A stretch of 63,505 nt of DNA, filler included, from Octopus bimaculoides (GCF_001194135.2; 6 parts of 6 records of this genome joined end to end with filler, not necessarily neighbours in it), one strand, 5' to 3'; shown: positions 37,915-50,705, numbered from the whole stretch's first letter. Notes: generated from the letters alone by a model not told the origin. Made by a program: numbers and translations.

Positions 37915-38390
37915 TATTTATGTATTGTTTTCCTTGTCTCACTCTGGCGAATTCTGTTATGTGAGGACAGCTCCTTGAAAGTTTGATGTTAATGAACTTA
38001 CCTGCGTGCCTTATATAATTTAAGTTCGGTATTTATTCTATTCGCATAGTTGTACTAAACGCTAAGTTACGGAGACATAAACAATCTGACTCCGGATGTC
38101 AAGCAGTGAGGGCGACAAACACACAAATATATACATGTATACACGCATACACACAGACACACACACACACACACAAGCGCGCATACACATATATGTGTAT
38201 ACTACAGGTTTTTACATAGTTTCCGTCTACTAAATGAACTTACAAGTTATTGGTCGGTTCGGGGCTATAGTAGAAGACTCTTGCTTAAGGCGCTGAACTA
38301 GAAACTATATGGTTGAGATGCAGGAATGAACAAAAAACCGTATGGTTGAGATGCGAAATTCATAACCACACAGCAACGTCTCTACATATA
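37915..38390 (-). mobile_element. SINE family 3, old full-length copy
   Basis: cgctaagttacggagacataaac..gtcaagc; tttccgtctac..ggtcggttcggggctatagtagaagac; accacacagc head. Confidence 0.75.
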
Positions 38391-39917
38391 AATGTCGGTG
38401 TATTTTTTTTCTTTTTACTTTCCCCTAAATATTTTTCTCTACAGAGGTCTTGTGGTCTTGTCTCTGGTTAAATACTTTCAACGCACATCTACAGATCGAA
38501 ATATTTGCAAAACAAATACACTGTTACTGTATTATTATTGAAAACACTATAAGGCTTTCTATTTGATTAGTCTCAAAATTTGCGATGAGTTATTGTTAAT
38601 ATGATTATGAAGATTCGGACTGTTACCCTCATCAATCGCGCTGAAATAACTTCTAATATATATATATATCTATGACGTATTTCGATCAGTTTCAGTTCTA
38701 TTTGTCCTTGAATGTCCTGTTTCTGGATGTATACGTATTGACCGACAGAATTTCGAGATAGAACCATTAATTCTTGCATCATCGGCATGGGAGATAGCAG
38801 CCTTTCTACACTTATTTAATATATAATAATTCCTTTGTTTCAATCCAGTCTAATCCTATATCGGGATGTGTCATATCCAGAAATAAGACACTCAATGACT
38901 ATCTGAGATCTAAACGAAAGCTGCAATTGTTCAATAATCAAAAAAGTTCTGTATAAGCCGAATTATTTTTTTGATTGCTTTCTACTTCTGTTTCGTACAC
39001 TCTAGGTCTTGAGATTTTATCGTATCATATCTTATTGATCATATCTTTTACTAGTTTCCTTCATCAAACTCTTTCTATCCAGATGTGCGGCCTTAAAGGT
39101 TATGCCAGTCCCAATACTTGACTGGAACTTATATCTGAATGAATAAAAGGTGTTATCGGTTGTTGGGCGAGAAGATCACTTCGCAATACGTTACTGACTG
39201 CATGATACTGGCAAGTGTCTTCTATCACAACCTCGATAAGATCAAAGCCGTAAGGGTGAAATTTGGAAGGTAAAAACTGTGAGGGAGACTGCTACTGGAT
39301 ACCGAATTAAATCACTTGCTGGGTTTAGGACAGCAACATGCTGTTTGAGTACCTATTGCAGAAACCAGTATTCTCAGCTTCGAGGCTACTCTTCTTCCTA
39401 CCTCCACCAGACATGGACGTCAAGAAAAAAGTCCACGGATGTATCTCTTCCTGCTCCTCTCAATGTAAAAAAAAATATTGCTGTGTGCCAATTCACTATG
39501 AAGAAAATGTATAACACAACCTGTGGTATCCGATGCCGTGCCAATCACTGTCAAATCAACAACCATATGCTGTTCCTTTGCTTATTATATTTTATTGTCT
39601 TTTTAACTTGGGTCTTATAATATTTATATAGGGTGCTTTTTGTGTAAGTGGTTCTTCTATTTTTACTAGCAACTTTCCAATGTCAGTAACCTATGATATA
39701 GAAACAATATGTTATATTAATTAGCTGGTCGAATAATTAAAGCTCATTAGACAACGGAGATAACTAATCAAATGATTTATGAATATATATGTGACTGATG
39801 TTGTGAAATATATCTAAAGCCAGACGCATACATACACGGATGGACATATACATGCGTACACATTATTACATATTTATGCAAGCTAACACACGCATAAACA
39901 TACAAATGCTTACACTA

Positions 39918-39924
<7 letters not shown>

Positions 39925-40007
<83 letters not shown>
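39925..40007. repeat. (CA)n microsatellite
   Basis: Direct reading. Confidence 0.95.
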
Positions 40008-40010
<3 letters not shown>

Positions 40011-41840
40011 GACATAAACAAACACTCTAGGCTCTTGTTATTTTTCCCTCTGATTATCAAAACAAAATTGGGTAGCTATTTTCATTGGAAAATATTAAAG
40101 TAACTGATTATTTCATTTAATGAATAGTGATTTTGTGCATATATTAAATCCTAAAGTAAAAAATTAGAATAATATTACCACTGCTCGGGGATTTAATATG
40201 CAAATAGGCGAAGAAATTATAGCTACCTTTCAAAAAGCATTGTAATTAAAGACAATGTCTTGGAGATATACACAGATTCAATGATTCGTTCAAACGAGGT
40301 AATTCATTTCAATGAATATTTTTGAGTGTCTCACGAAATATAATGAGCTTCGTTGCGAAGTCACAAGACTGTGATATGCAGACATCAACATTATTTGTAT
40401 TCAAATATGCTTTAAGAGCAGCATCATAGTAACAGCGATGTTGAGAAACAGCAAGAATTTAGAAATCAACTGTTGTAAAATTTCGACTAGGTTGGATGTA
40501 TAAATAATGATGACAAGAAAAATAGAAATAATGGTCTCCTGTTTAAGCAAGCAGACAACCGACCTCTCTGCTCTTTTACTATCAACTAAGCTATTTACAT
40601 TCTCAGAACAATTAGCAAGTCTGAAAGGAGTTAGGAAACATTGTTGATCTAGTGACCACAATCGGTTAAGTGACCAAAGTTTGTTTTCCCGAATAAGACA
40701 ATAAAGAGAATACTGAAAGCGATATGGACTTTACAAAGGTGATCACTAGAGACCGTAGCAGAATTGAGTTTACTATTTCATATTTGAGCTGCATTGAATG
40801 ATAGCAAAAAACTCTGGGGAAGAAATTGTTGTTAGTATTAGAGATGAAATGGCAATATGACTGAGAGCAGCTCGATCAGAATGATTGATATCATGTGTTT
40901 GTATTAATAGAAACGCTGGGAGCCAATCACCTATTAAGACTAAATATTGACGATGTTTTGTAATTGTATCTAAAAAGAAAATAAGCCACCCTTGAAGATG
41001 AATGAGACGAAGTTATTAGAGCACATCAACAGAAGGGAACACAAAATTAATTATGGATTCATGAATGGAACAAGTAAATGGTATTTTGTTAGCGTATTTT
41101 TCAGGGTAATGCTTTCAGTTTTAGAGAAATATTCAGTAGAAATTTCCGTATTCAGAAACGAGAGGCAAAACAAGGAATTAGGATTTATGTGGAAGTACGA
41201 GTAGAACATCTGGATAAAAGTTAATAAACTCGATAATAAAAAGTTAATAAACTCGATAATATAATGAGAATCGGTATACGAAGTCCGTTGCCGTATTATG
41301 TATCTATACTTCACTATTATATTCTAGTTTATATGATTATTACGAGCATTTTTCGTTTGTATAAGACTATGCAATTTGGGAAAGCATAACAGTCAACTTC
41401 ATTGATTAAATATATCTGCTGTTTATTTAACCAATCTCTGAATTGTCAAAATCCATGCCGGAATTTGAACTTATTACTAAATGGAAGGAGACAAAACATC
41501 GAGATTTCTTTCGTGATGTTCTGTTAGTTATGTCTATCATTCCCCAAAGCATGATAAATGATGTTTTATAAAGTTTTATAACTCAGATACAAAGACATAT
41601 ATTCTGGAGGAGGAATCATTACAAATGTGATCTACTGAGGGAAAATATTGATTCCAAAAGTCAGTAAAGCAGCTTATTTTAGACAAAATGTAAAGAAATA
41701 TTTCACAGGGATATTTGAATAACATAAAGTCCTCTTGTTATAAATACAATAGAGTATGTGATATTGAAAATTCTAAAGAATCCTCTAATTCCAAATAAAT
41801 GAGTTATATATATATATATGCGCATGCGTATTTATATGTG

Positions 41841-41880
<40 letters not shown>

Positions 41881-42062
41881 NNNNNNNNNNNNNNNNNNNN
41901 NNNNNNNNNNNNNNNNNNNNNNNNNNNNNNNNNNNNNNNNNNNNNNNNNNNNNNNNNNNNNNNNNNNNNNNNNNNNNNNNNNNNNNNNNNNNNNNNNNNN
42001 NNNNNNNNNNNNNNNNNNNNNNNNNNNNNNNNNNNNNNNNNNNNNNNNNNNNNNNNNNNNNN

Positions 42063-42097
<35 letters not shown>

Positions 42098-42439
42098 TGT
42101 ATATGTTTATTCATGTACATATGAATGTGTAAATTTTAGATAAATGGATAGATAGATAAATAGATAGATTAAACACACACATATAATCAGTAAGAGTATA
42201 AGGCACAGAGAGACAAATATATAAGGGAAAGCCAAACAAGCAAAGCATGTGCCTGACAAAATGTGGAAAAATGAAACCAAATAACAAAAATACGAAATGT
42301 GTACTACGAAAATAAGTACACCGACATACGAAGCAGACAGTTATCCCACTATTTTGCGTTATACCCTATATAAAAAAAGAAGGAAAAGAAATTAAATTAA
42401 AATCGATAGACATAAAAAAACCCTAAATATCTGGGTGAA

Positions 42440-42840
42440 GAGTAAGCCGATTGTATCCACCCCACTGCTCGACTGGCACTTATCGTATCTTCCCTGAAAT
42501 AATGAAAGGCAAAGTCAGACTCGGCGGAACTGAACCCCTGTTGTGTGGACACCCTCAGGCAATAAGTAGGCTAGTTCAATACATATAAATAGCTAAACGA
42601 AAAGCGTCGCGTAGAGCAAGCCGGAGCCGTTGGTAGACTAGACGTCGACTTCTGCAGAGTCGAGTCGTCGGAAGTGAGAGTTCAGTAGAGGTCATCCACA
42701 CGTGTGATATAACAGTGGCGACGAGGATTTCGTAGCTTACACTGTGTAGTATTGCGATATAACAAACCTAGAACTTAAAGACAAACATAATGCTGCTATG
42801 CATTTTGTACGGCATGATAACGAATCTGCCAGCACGCCAC
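42440..42840 (-). mobile_element. SINE family 1 split by an LTR insertion (halves 42440-42538 and 42765-42840)
   Basis: gaaaggcaaagtc.gactcggcggaac.gaacc resumes as agaac.taaagac..gcta.gcatt..aacgaatctgccagc.cgcc. Confidence 0.75.
42539..42764 (+). mobile_element. Gypsy-like LTR remnant: 176-bp LTR (TGTT...AACA), PBS, and end of the 3' LTR
   Basis: LTR 42539-42714 with a TATA-like atataaata. PBS TGGCGACGAGGAT (42716-42728) is complementary to the 3' end of tRNA-Ser(GCU). A second gatataaca ends at 42764; imperfect TSD aaccc/aacct. Confidence 0.75.
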
Positions 42841-42919
42841 TTTGAGAAAAGACAAAGATAATGTGAAAATGAAGTGGGATATAAGAAAGGCAAGATATTG
42901 AGGAAGGGAATAAGTCCGA

Positions 42920-42946
42920 AGAGAGAGAGAGTGAGAGAGAGAGAGA

Positions 42947-43030
<84 letters not shown>

Positions 43031-43036
43031 GAGACA
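42920..43036. repeat. (GA)n microsatellite
   Basis: Direct reading. Confidence 0.95.
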
Positions 43037-43833
43037 GAGCAATAGAAAACGAGAAATTGAGAGGGACGGGAAGTGTGGGACAGGCCGGGAATGAAGAGAT
43101 GGAAACTAAGGGCAAAAGAAAGAAATTAAGGTGTTGGAATGAGAGAATGAAGGATTCACAATACTGGTAGGTGTGCATGTGCCAGTGCACGAATATGTTA
43201 TAGCTTGATAGTAGTTTTTCAATTCAACTCCTGACCAGATTTAACACCTGAGAATCGGTTCACCAATTTTTGGTATGGCACGTTCTCTGTTGTATAACTT
43301 CCTTTTACATGCAATAAAAGAAATATTTTATCTCTGATACAAATTTGTATTTACTGTGAATTGTTACTCGTCTCAGTGTATGAAAATAATTTAAAGGACA
43401 CCAAATAATGTTGCAATATTTAAACTAGCAGAAAAGGAAGAACTGAAATTAACAATGAAATACATAGAGAGAAATTTCAATTCATACATCTAGTACTTAT
43501 ATGATCCATTAAAATTACCGTTAAGATGATGAAATTACTACCTCGCCAATAAATTCTAGTAAATTGACAATTATTACTCAAGTTTACAGATTTACCTAAT
43601 AAACATCATGTGACTTTATAAACCGTTGTGCAACACAGCCTAGTCAAAGATACATGAAACATCGACTATCTCATTCGATTCATTGTGTTTGGTATGGATT
43701 TAATTGTGTTTCGTATGGAGTTTATGGAATGTTTTCTTCATAAGATTTTCGTTTTAGTACAACGAATTTTCGAATTCCTCTTCGATTTCCTTTTATGTAT
43801 TTGTTTTCCAAGATTCATGCAGTGTAATCCTCT

Positions 43834-44101
43834 GTTGAAACAGATATTGTTGTACTTGGGGATGGTCATATTTTGTCAAGTAAACACACGCACTACATAT
43901 TCACTTCAGTTTTATTATTATTTTTATAGTAGTTTCTTTTCAGAACAAGAGGAGACACGTATGATAGAGAGTCGTTGAAGAGGTCACAGGATGTGTAATG
44001 AAAGATCATTGACGAAGAAAGTGAAATAATAATAATAAAGCTAAAATGAAGGCCAAATATATTGCACGTGTGTTTAATAGACATAATATGACCATCCCCA
44101 A
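43834..44101. repeat. Fold-back repeat of the family also seen at 63256-63425
   Basis: ttggggatggtcatattttgtcaagtaaacacacgcac is inverted to gcacgtgtgtttaatagacataatatgaccatccccaa. The left arm also matches the reverse complement of 63385-63425. Confidence 0.75.
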
Positions 44102-45237
44102 TTGAAAGAATTTCAGATTTCCAGTTGTCCAAAATTCAGAAACAATTTCCATCTAAATTAGGTTAATTCGACGCCCTTCAACCTTCTCTGGATCTGTGCC
44201 ACCTTTCAGTAGGATCATTCTACTGTTTTGATACGCCATCGGACCAGAGACTGCCCTTGTTGGTAAAGAAAGTGAAGGTTTTCAAGGCTCATATTTCAAA
44301 TCCAAGTTGAACTACCCAAGCTAAAGATTCACAACAAAACACTCCGCAGATTTTGAAACACTGAAAATGATTGGTAACCTGCAGAAGTACATGAAATGCA
44401 ACGCTTTCCTTATAGCAACGACCACTACGCGTTTCCTCATAGAATTAAGAGTATCTTTGATCATTCTAGACTGTTTCTCCTTTTACGTGCTGCTGTCCAA
44501 AATCAAATTATTTAAATATAAGTAACATACATGCGATTGACGGGCAGAATAATTTCGAGGAACTTTGAACAAATTAATTCCAAAAGATTCTCTTGTAATT
44601 AACTAGTTCGCAATTCTTCCTTTGACACCCACATTTGCCCATGGGGTTACTAGTGTTTACAATGAATGGGAAAGTAAAAACAAACAACTGCATCAGACGA
44701 GATTCTGTTTCTGCTGGAGAAACTTCTCGATATGTTTCTTGTTTTCTGGAAGGTTATTAATATCCTCGACTCACAGAACCGTGCCGCCCACGAAAGCAAC
44801 AATAGTTATATAATATATCATATTTCTTTTGAATGTTGAAAGCATTGTGAATGCTAAGCCAACCCCAAACTTCAGCGGATCATAAAGAACGTGATCATCT
44901 AAGTTCGACAGCCATCGTTATCTTTGTAGCAAGTGAGCAAATGAACAATAATCTGATTTATCTTTTTCGAGCTTCTAACGCAAAATCAATCACTGTCTGC
45001 TATAGAATACATACTCAGAATGTTCGGGATGCTTCTGTCACATATTCCTCATGTATTGCGTTTCTTTAAAATAAATGTCAATGTTAAACAGAGATATATT
45101 CTTTATTTCGTAGTTTTAAACATTTATTTTGACACTGAGACACCCCCCTCTTCCTTTATTATACTCTAGTTTCTTCCCACTGCCAATAACGACTTTCAAT
45201 GGCTCCTTGCTCCATTAATTAACCCTTTTAACCTAAT

Positions 45238-45281
45238 CCTTGTTAACTGCAATGGTTCAGCGACCATTGCAGTTAACAGGG
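45238..45281. other. Perfect 16-bp (19 bp with one G.U) stem-loop
   Basis: tgttaactgcaatggt-tcagcg-accattgcagttaaca. Confidence 0.85.
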
Positions 45282-45638
45282 AATAGTTGCTATAGTTCCC
45301 TGTAGCTCGTGATATTAGCCGAAACTCCCAGTGCAGTTGATTGGAAGGCACCGACGTTTGAACAGGAGTTATATTGTGGTATATAAAGGCAGCATATATT
45401 CTCTCGTCTTAATGTAATGAGATTTTCCTAAAATATATGACACAGCACATACATATAAACACTTATACATCAAGATATATACACAGCTAAATAGCATTGT
45501 TAGAATAAAAAATATATATAAAAACAAAATTGCAATAGTTGGAAGGAAATATAAAATAAAATTGTCTATATCAATAAAATGCCAGAGGGACGTCTGAATC
45601 ATCATATATATGTATGTTGTATGTTTATGTGTATATAC

Positions 45639-45673
<35 letters not shown>

Positions 45674-45691
45674 TGTATGTATGTATGTATG

Positions 45692-45750
<59 letters not shown>

Positions 45751-46196
45751 NNNNNNNNNNNNNNNNNNNNNNNNNNNNNNNNNNNNNNNNNNNNTTAATT
45801 AATTAANNNNNNNNNNNNNNNNNNNNNNNNNNNNNNNNNNNNNNNNNNNNATATATATATATATATATAGGTTATGAGCGATAGTGGTGTCAATTAGATA
45901 CAGAGGTTTCAGTTAATGCTGAGTAAGTGCTATGGATAGACAACAGTTAAGCTCCAGGCTCGGTGATTATGCGAATAAGCGTGTGAATATAACGATTTAC
46001 TTTTCGTAATGAGATAAAAAACAAAAGTTGTGTATAATATAGAACATTTATAAATAGAGGTTCTTACAGATGTGTCCAGGATATTTGTTACATCCCTTCA
46101 TCGGAGACGGTGTGATAAGATGGTTAAGGAATATTTAGTTTAGTTAACATAGGATATCCAGGATATTTGTTGTATGTGACAATTAGTCGGTTGCCA

Positions 46197-46259
46197 TAAT
46201 AGAACTCAGTGTTTTGGATGTCGGGGCGGAAGTCTGTTCCGGCATCTCGTCAGTTATTA
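46197..46259 (-). ncRNA. Minimal type I hammerhead in the left pLTR (GAAA mutated to AAAA)
   Basis: Reverse complement reads UAAUAA CUGACGA GAUG..CAUC C AAAA C ACUGA GUU CUAUUA. Confidence 0.65.
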
Positions 46260-49200
46260 AGACAAACAAAAATGCTATGAAAATGGTCGTTAAATAAATG
46301 GAAATTACTATGAAGATGACCGTTATTAAGACAAACAATAGAGCTACGAGAATGACCGTTAAATAAAGGGAAATTACCTGAATAGGGAGAAAGTAAAAAA
46401 ACTTGAAGAGGGTAAACCCACGCTCATAGAATCCGCATATGCGCGCATGTACATATATACACATGTGCGCACGCACACTCACGTACATGTGCATATATGC
46501 ATATGCTCACTCACACTCGCGTGAAATACATACATGCACACCCATAGGCACACACACAAGTATATATACCCATACGCGCACACATATGTTCATATACACG
46601 TCCCTATACGCACATACACAAATATGCTGGGTGAAATGTAACGTGCTTGAACAAATATATAAATATATAAAGCAATGAAATATATAAAATATATATATAT
46701 ATATATAAATATGTAAAAATATAAAAATATATATGTAAGAAATGAAATGCTTGTACGTGGACACAATATAAAAAGCAGGTTCTATTTGTGATCTTGGGGG
46801 GGTGACCAAAAACGTAACAAATATTTAGCCATATGTGGACATGATCCCAAAAGTTCAGTTCTTGAATTTAGACATGTAGCGGGTTCTAAGCCGCATTTCC
46901 AGATGTGCCATCTTTCCATATCACAAAGACCGCACTCCAAAAATTAAGGGTTTGGAAAATTTCGAAGCAGAGCTACTGAAGCTCATAAACAAAATAAAAT
47001 TTCCTAAATCTTTTAACACTTTCCAACAGAAACTACAAAAAAGATATCAAATACTTAAAGAGTTCCAAAAAAAAAACGGAACTTTTTTCTAATAAAACCA
47101 CGAACTTATAACTTGTAGGCAACAGCACATAATCACGACACCTACATAACAACATTATTAATAAGTACACTACAGCTAGGCCACAAATTAGTAACGAAAT
47201 TAATAAAGACGCTAGCATCAACGCTGCTAGGCTTAAATTAGATTTAAAAAATAGAGGTCCTGCCAAAAAAAGTGGCCTTTATATCTATTAAAGACCATAA
47301 AAAGAACTTCCTACCTAATCCTAAATGTAGACTTATTAACCCAGCTAAATCGGAAATTGGTATCATTAGTAAAGAAATTTTAGGAAAAATCGATGCGAAA
47401 GTCAGAAATGCTACTAGACTAGTACAATGGTCCAATAGTATAGAAGCCGTAGACTGGCTTAAAGCTATTAGGAATAAGAATAAAGCGAGATTTACACAAA
47501 TCGATATTGTCGATTTCTATGCCTCTATCTCTAAGGAATGCTAGATAAAGCCCTCACTTTCGCAAGCGAATTTATAGATATTAGTACAGAAGATAAGGAC
47601 ATAATCTTCCATGCTCGAAAGACGTTGCTCTTCAGTGAGAACGCAGAGTGGGTCTAAACAACCGATACAGAGGGTGCTTTCGATGTGAGCACGGGGTCAT
47701 ATGATGGAGCAGGCATATGCGATCTCATTGGACTATTTCTACTCGATACGTTCGGCAAGACATTTTCTGGTGTATATTTCGCCATTTACAAAGATGATGT
47801 CCTTGCTTTAACCACAAATACCAATGGACCAGCACAAGATCAGTTTAGGAAGGACATTATCTAAATGATGAAAACATTCCATTTTAGCATTACTACAGAT
47901 ACCAACCTGAGGGTTGTCAATTTCCTATATGTATCCTAAGATTTTAATAAGAACATTTACAAACCTTATAGGAAGCCCAACGATAGACTTAGTTATATTA
48001 ATGTAGGTACCTAACATCCCTCCCATAGTGTTTAAGAATTTAGTTAAAAACATTAGCAAGAGAATTTCTAGCCTCTCCTCCGATAGAAACATATTTAATA
48101 GTGTTGCCCCGATACATAATAAAGCTCTAACAGAGTGGATTTAGCGAGGAAATAACCTATACACCAGTTACCAATCCAGTAATAAAGAAAAAAAAACATA
48201 GGAATAGGAAAACTATCTGGTTCACACCCTCTTACTCCCCCGAGATGACCTTTAATATAGGTAAATATTTCTTATCACTTATAGATAGGCATTTTCCAAT
48301 CCATCAATCATATTTAGAGAAAGCTCTTCATTAGGCATAAAGTAAAAATTAGTTGTAGCTCAACTACTAATTTTAAAAAATGATTGCACACAATAGGAAC
48401 AAACAACAAAATGAAACCAGCTGTTCATGCAGGGATAAAAATGTGTGCCCACTAAATAGAGCTTGCATGTTCGAGACGATCATTTATGAAGCCAACGTAG
48501 ATTGTACAACCACTAAGGACATAGATTCGTCAAAGAAATATGTGGGTCTCACAGAAAGTAATTTCAAAGTCAGGTTCAACAACCACACCTTGAGCTTCAG
48601 AGACTGGGAAAAAATGAAAAACAATCAGATTATCCTGTTACATATATGGTCCTAAAAAGAAAAAAAGGTGTCAACTATAACATCCAATGGAAGATCGTAG
48701 CCAAGTGTAAGCCTTACGTCATGGAAAGATGTCTCATCTGGAAAAGCAGTTTAGACATTAAGGAACTGGACTTTTTGGATCGTGTCCACATATGGCTAAA
48801 TAGTTTTTAGGTTTCTGGTCCCCTCAAGATCACAGATAGAACCTGTTTTTTATATTGTGTCCACGTACAAGCATTTCATTCCTTCCATATATATTTTTAC
48901 ATATATATTTATATACTTTATTGCTTTATATATATATATTTCTGTACATTACCTTTCACCTTTCATATTTGTGCATGTGCGTAAAGGGACATGTATATGA
49001 ACATACTTGTGCGCGTATGGGTATATATACTTATGCGTGTGCGTGTGTGCAGATATGTATATGTGTACATGCGTATCGATGTATATATATGTATACATAT
49101 AGGTGTGTGCGTGGATATGTATACATATAGGTGTGTGTGCGTGTATGTGTTTCATGCGAGTGTGAGTGAGAATATGCATATATGCACATGTACGTGGGTG

Positions 49201-49389
49201 TACATGCGCATAGGCGGATTCTATGAGCGTGGGTTTACCCTCTTCAAGTTTTTTACTTTCTCTCTATTAAGGTAATATCCCTTTATTTAGCGGTCATTCT
49301 CGTAGCTCTATTGTTTGTCTTAATAACGGTCATCTTCATAGTAATTTCCATTTATTTACCAGTCATTTTCATAGCATCTTTGTTTGTCT

Positions 49390-49452
49390 TAATAACTGAC
49401 GAGATGCCGGAGCAGACTTCCGCCCCGACATCCGAAACTCTAAGTTTTATTA
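49390..49452 (+). ncRNA. Minimal type I hammerhead ribozyme in the right pLTR
   Basis: Stem I UAAUAA/UUAUUA; CUGACGA; stem II GAUG/CAUC with inner CGGA/UCCG; GAAA; 2-bp stem III AC/GU; cleavage triplet GUU at 49444-49446. Confidence 0.8.
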
Positions 49453-50540
49453 CGGCAATGACTAATCGTCACATTATATTATAGATAATGTCCTCTACAT
49501 AATATCGAGGTCTCTTTCATTCTTTTGTTGTCATTTATTACTATTAATAATATTATATATACATATACATATATATNNNNNNNNNNNNNNNNNNNNNNNN
49601 NNNNNNNNNNNNNNNNNNNNNNNNNNNNNNNNNNNNNNNNNNNNNNNNNNNNNNNNNNNNNNNNNNNNNNNNNNNNNNNNNNNNNNNNNNNNNNNNTATA
49701 TATATATTGCATTTACAGAACACATTCAAGTGTCAGTTCGGATCATTTTCAGAACTATAAATACCCAACTTGAAGCATTGCGGAATAAATTCAGTAAAAG
49801 TTATAGTAAAACGTGGTCATCCTTTTAAAATTGTACTTTTCCAATCGAAAACTAAATGTGCAGCGAAAGCTAAATTAGTAACTAGACAATAATTGCATTA
49901 TACTATACTCACTTTACCACTCTTTGGAATTTATTTTGGCAGACTGTACAAAGATAATATATGCTTTTGATGTCATAGCGTTACATATTTCTTTCGGTAA
50001 TAAATATATATTTGTCATCGTGAGACATACAGAAATATAAATATATATACATATACATACATACACATAAACACACACACACTTGCAAAAAAGCACCCAC
50101 GCTACACACCCACACAGACACACATATGTTCACATTTTCAACGATATAGATAGACAGAAATAGAAAGAGAGAAAACAGTGAATATTTAGGAGATAAACAA
50201 GAGAGATCAAAGAATACGTTGAATAAAGTTGAATATGGTAGGTACAAAAAAAAAAAAAGAAACAAAAAAAGAAATAACAAAATAAAGTGGATAATGTAAA
50301 TATCTTTTGAATAATTGACTGAGTTTCCTCAATTGTTTCTGTCTCAGTTTGAGTATTTATACGTATACACACACACACGCAGACGTACGCATGGTCCCAC
50401 CCACATATATATTGAATATATGTATNNNNNNNNNNNNNNNNNNNNNNNNNNNNNNNNNNNNNNNNNNNNTTAATTAATTAANNNNNNNNNNNNNNNNNNN
50501 NNNNNNNNNNNNNNNNNNNNNNNNNTATATATATATATAT

Positions 50541-50574
<34 letters not shown>

Positions 50575-50634
50575 ATATTGATATATATGTATATATATAT
50601 ATATATTGATATATAAGACGGTGTCAACATAATG

Positions 50635-50705
50635 TCCTTTCATCAAATTCACTCACAAGGCATTGGCCAGCTCGAGGCTAAAGTAGAAGATACTTGTCTT
50701 TGGTG
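50635..50705 (-). mobile_element. SINE family 3 fragment
   Basis: caaattcactcacaaggc.ttggcc.gctcgaggcta.agtagaaga.acttg. Confidence 0.7.

Larger units (their letters stand above)
46174..49474 (+). mobile_element. Penelope-like element (RT plus C-terminal GIY-YIG) with inverted ~750-bp pseudo-LTRs
   Basis: 46174-46920 is an inverted copy of 48721-49474. The decayed ORF at 46921-48810 has KCRLINPAKSEIG, QIDIVDFYASI, GSYDGAGICDLIG, YKDD, CSCRDKNVCPLNRAC, IIYEA..YVGLTE.NFKVRFNNH. Confidence 0.92.

Noticed and set aside
37990-38015. Strong minus-strand donor CAG|GTAAGT
   Set aside because: Lies inside the decayed 3' part of a family-3 SINE.
39279-39620. Cys-rich 113-aa ORF
   Set aside because: Starts within a degenerate SINE; Cys spacing fits no domain I recognise; no splice support.
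40401-40661. Strong minus-strand acceptor (ctcctttcag) with an open frame
   Set aside because: No convincing donor and the peptide is unrecognisable.
41215-41260. 22-bp tandem duplication; a similar 33-bp duplication at 59831-59895
   Set aside because: Two-unit local duplications without spacers; not CRISPR-like, no function evident.
44165-44300. Minus-strand ILLKGGTDPEKVEGRRINLI, reminiscent of an RT motif-2 region
   Set aside because: Isolated and degenerate; no neighbouring RT motifs.
47000-48810. Selenocysteine recoding of PLE stops, as reported for some Naiad PLEs
   Set aside because: Domain order is RT then EN (not Naiad), the stops I checked are TAA, and frameshifts show ordinary decay.
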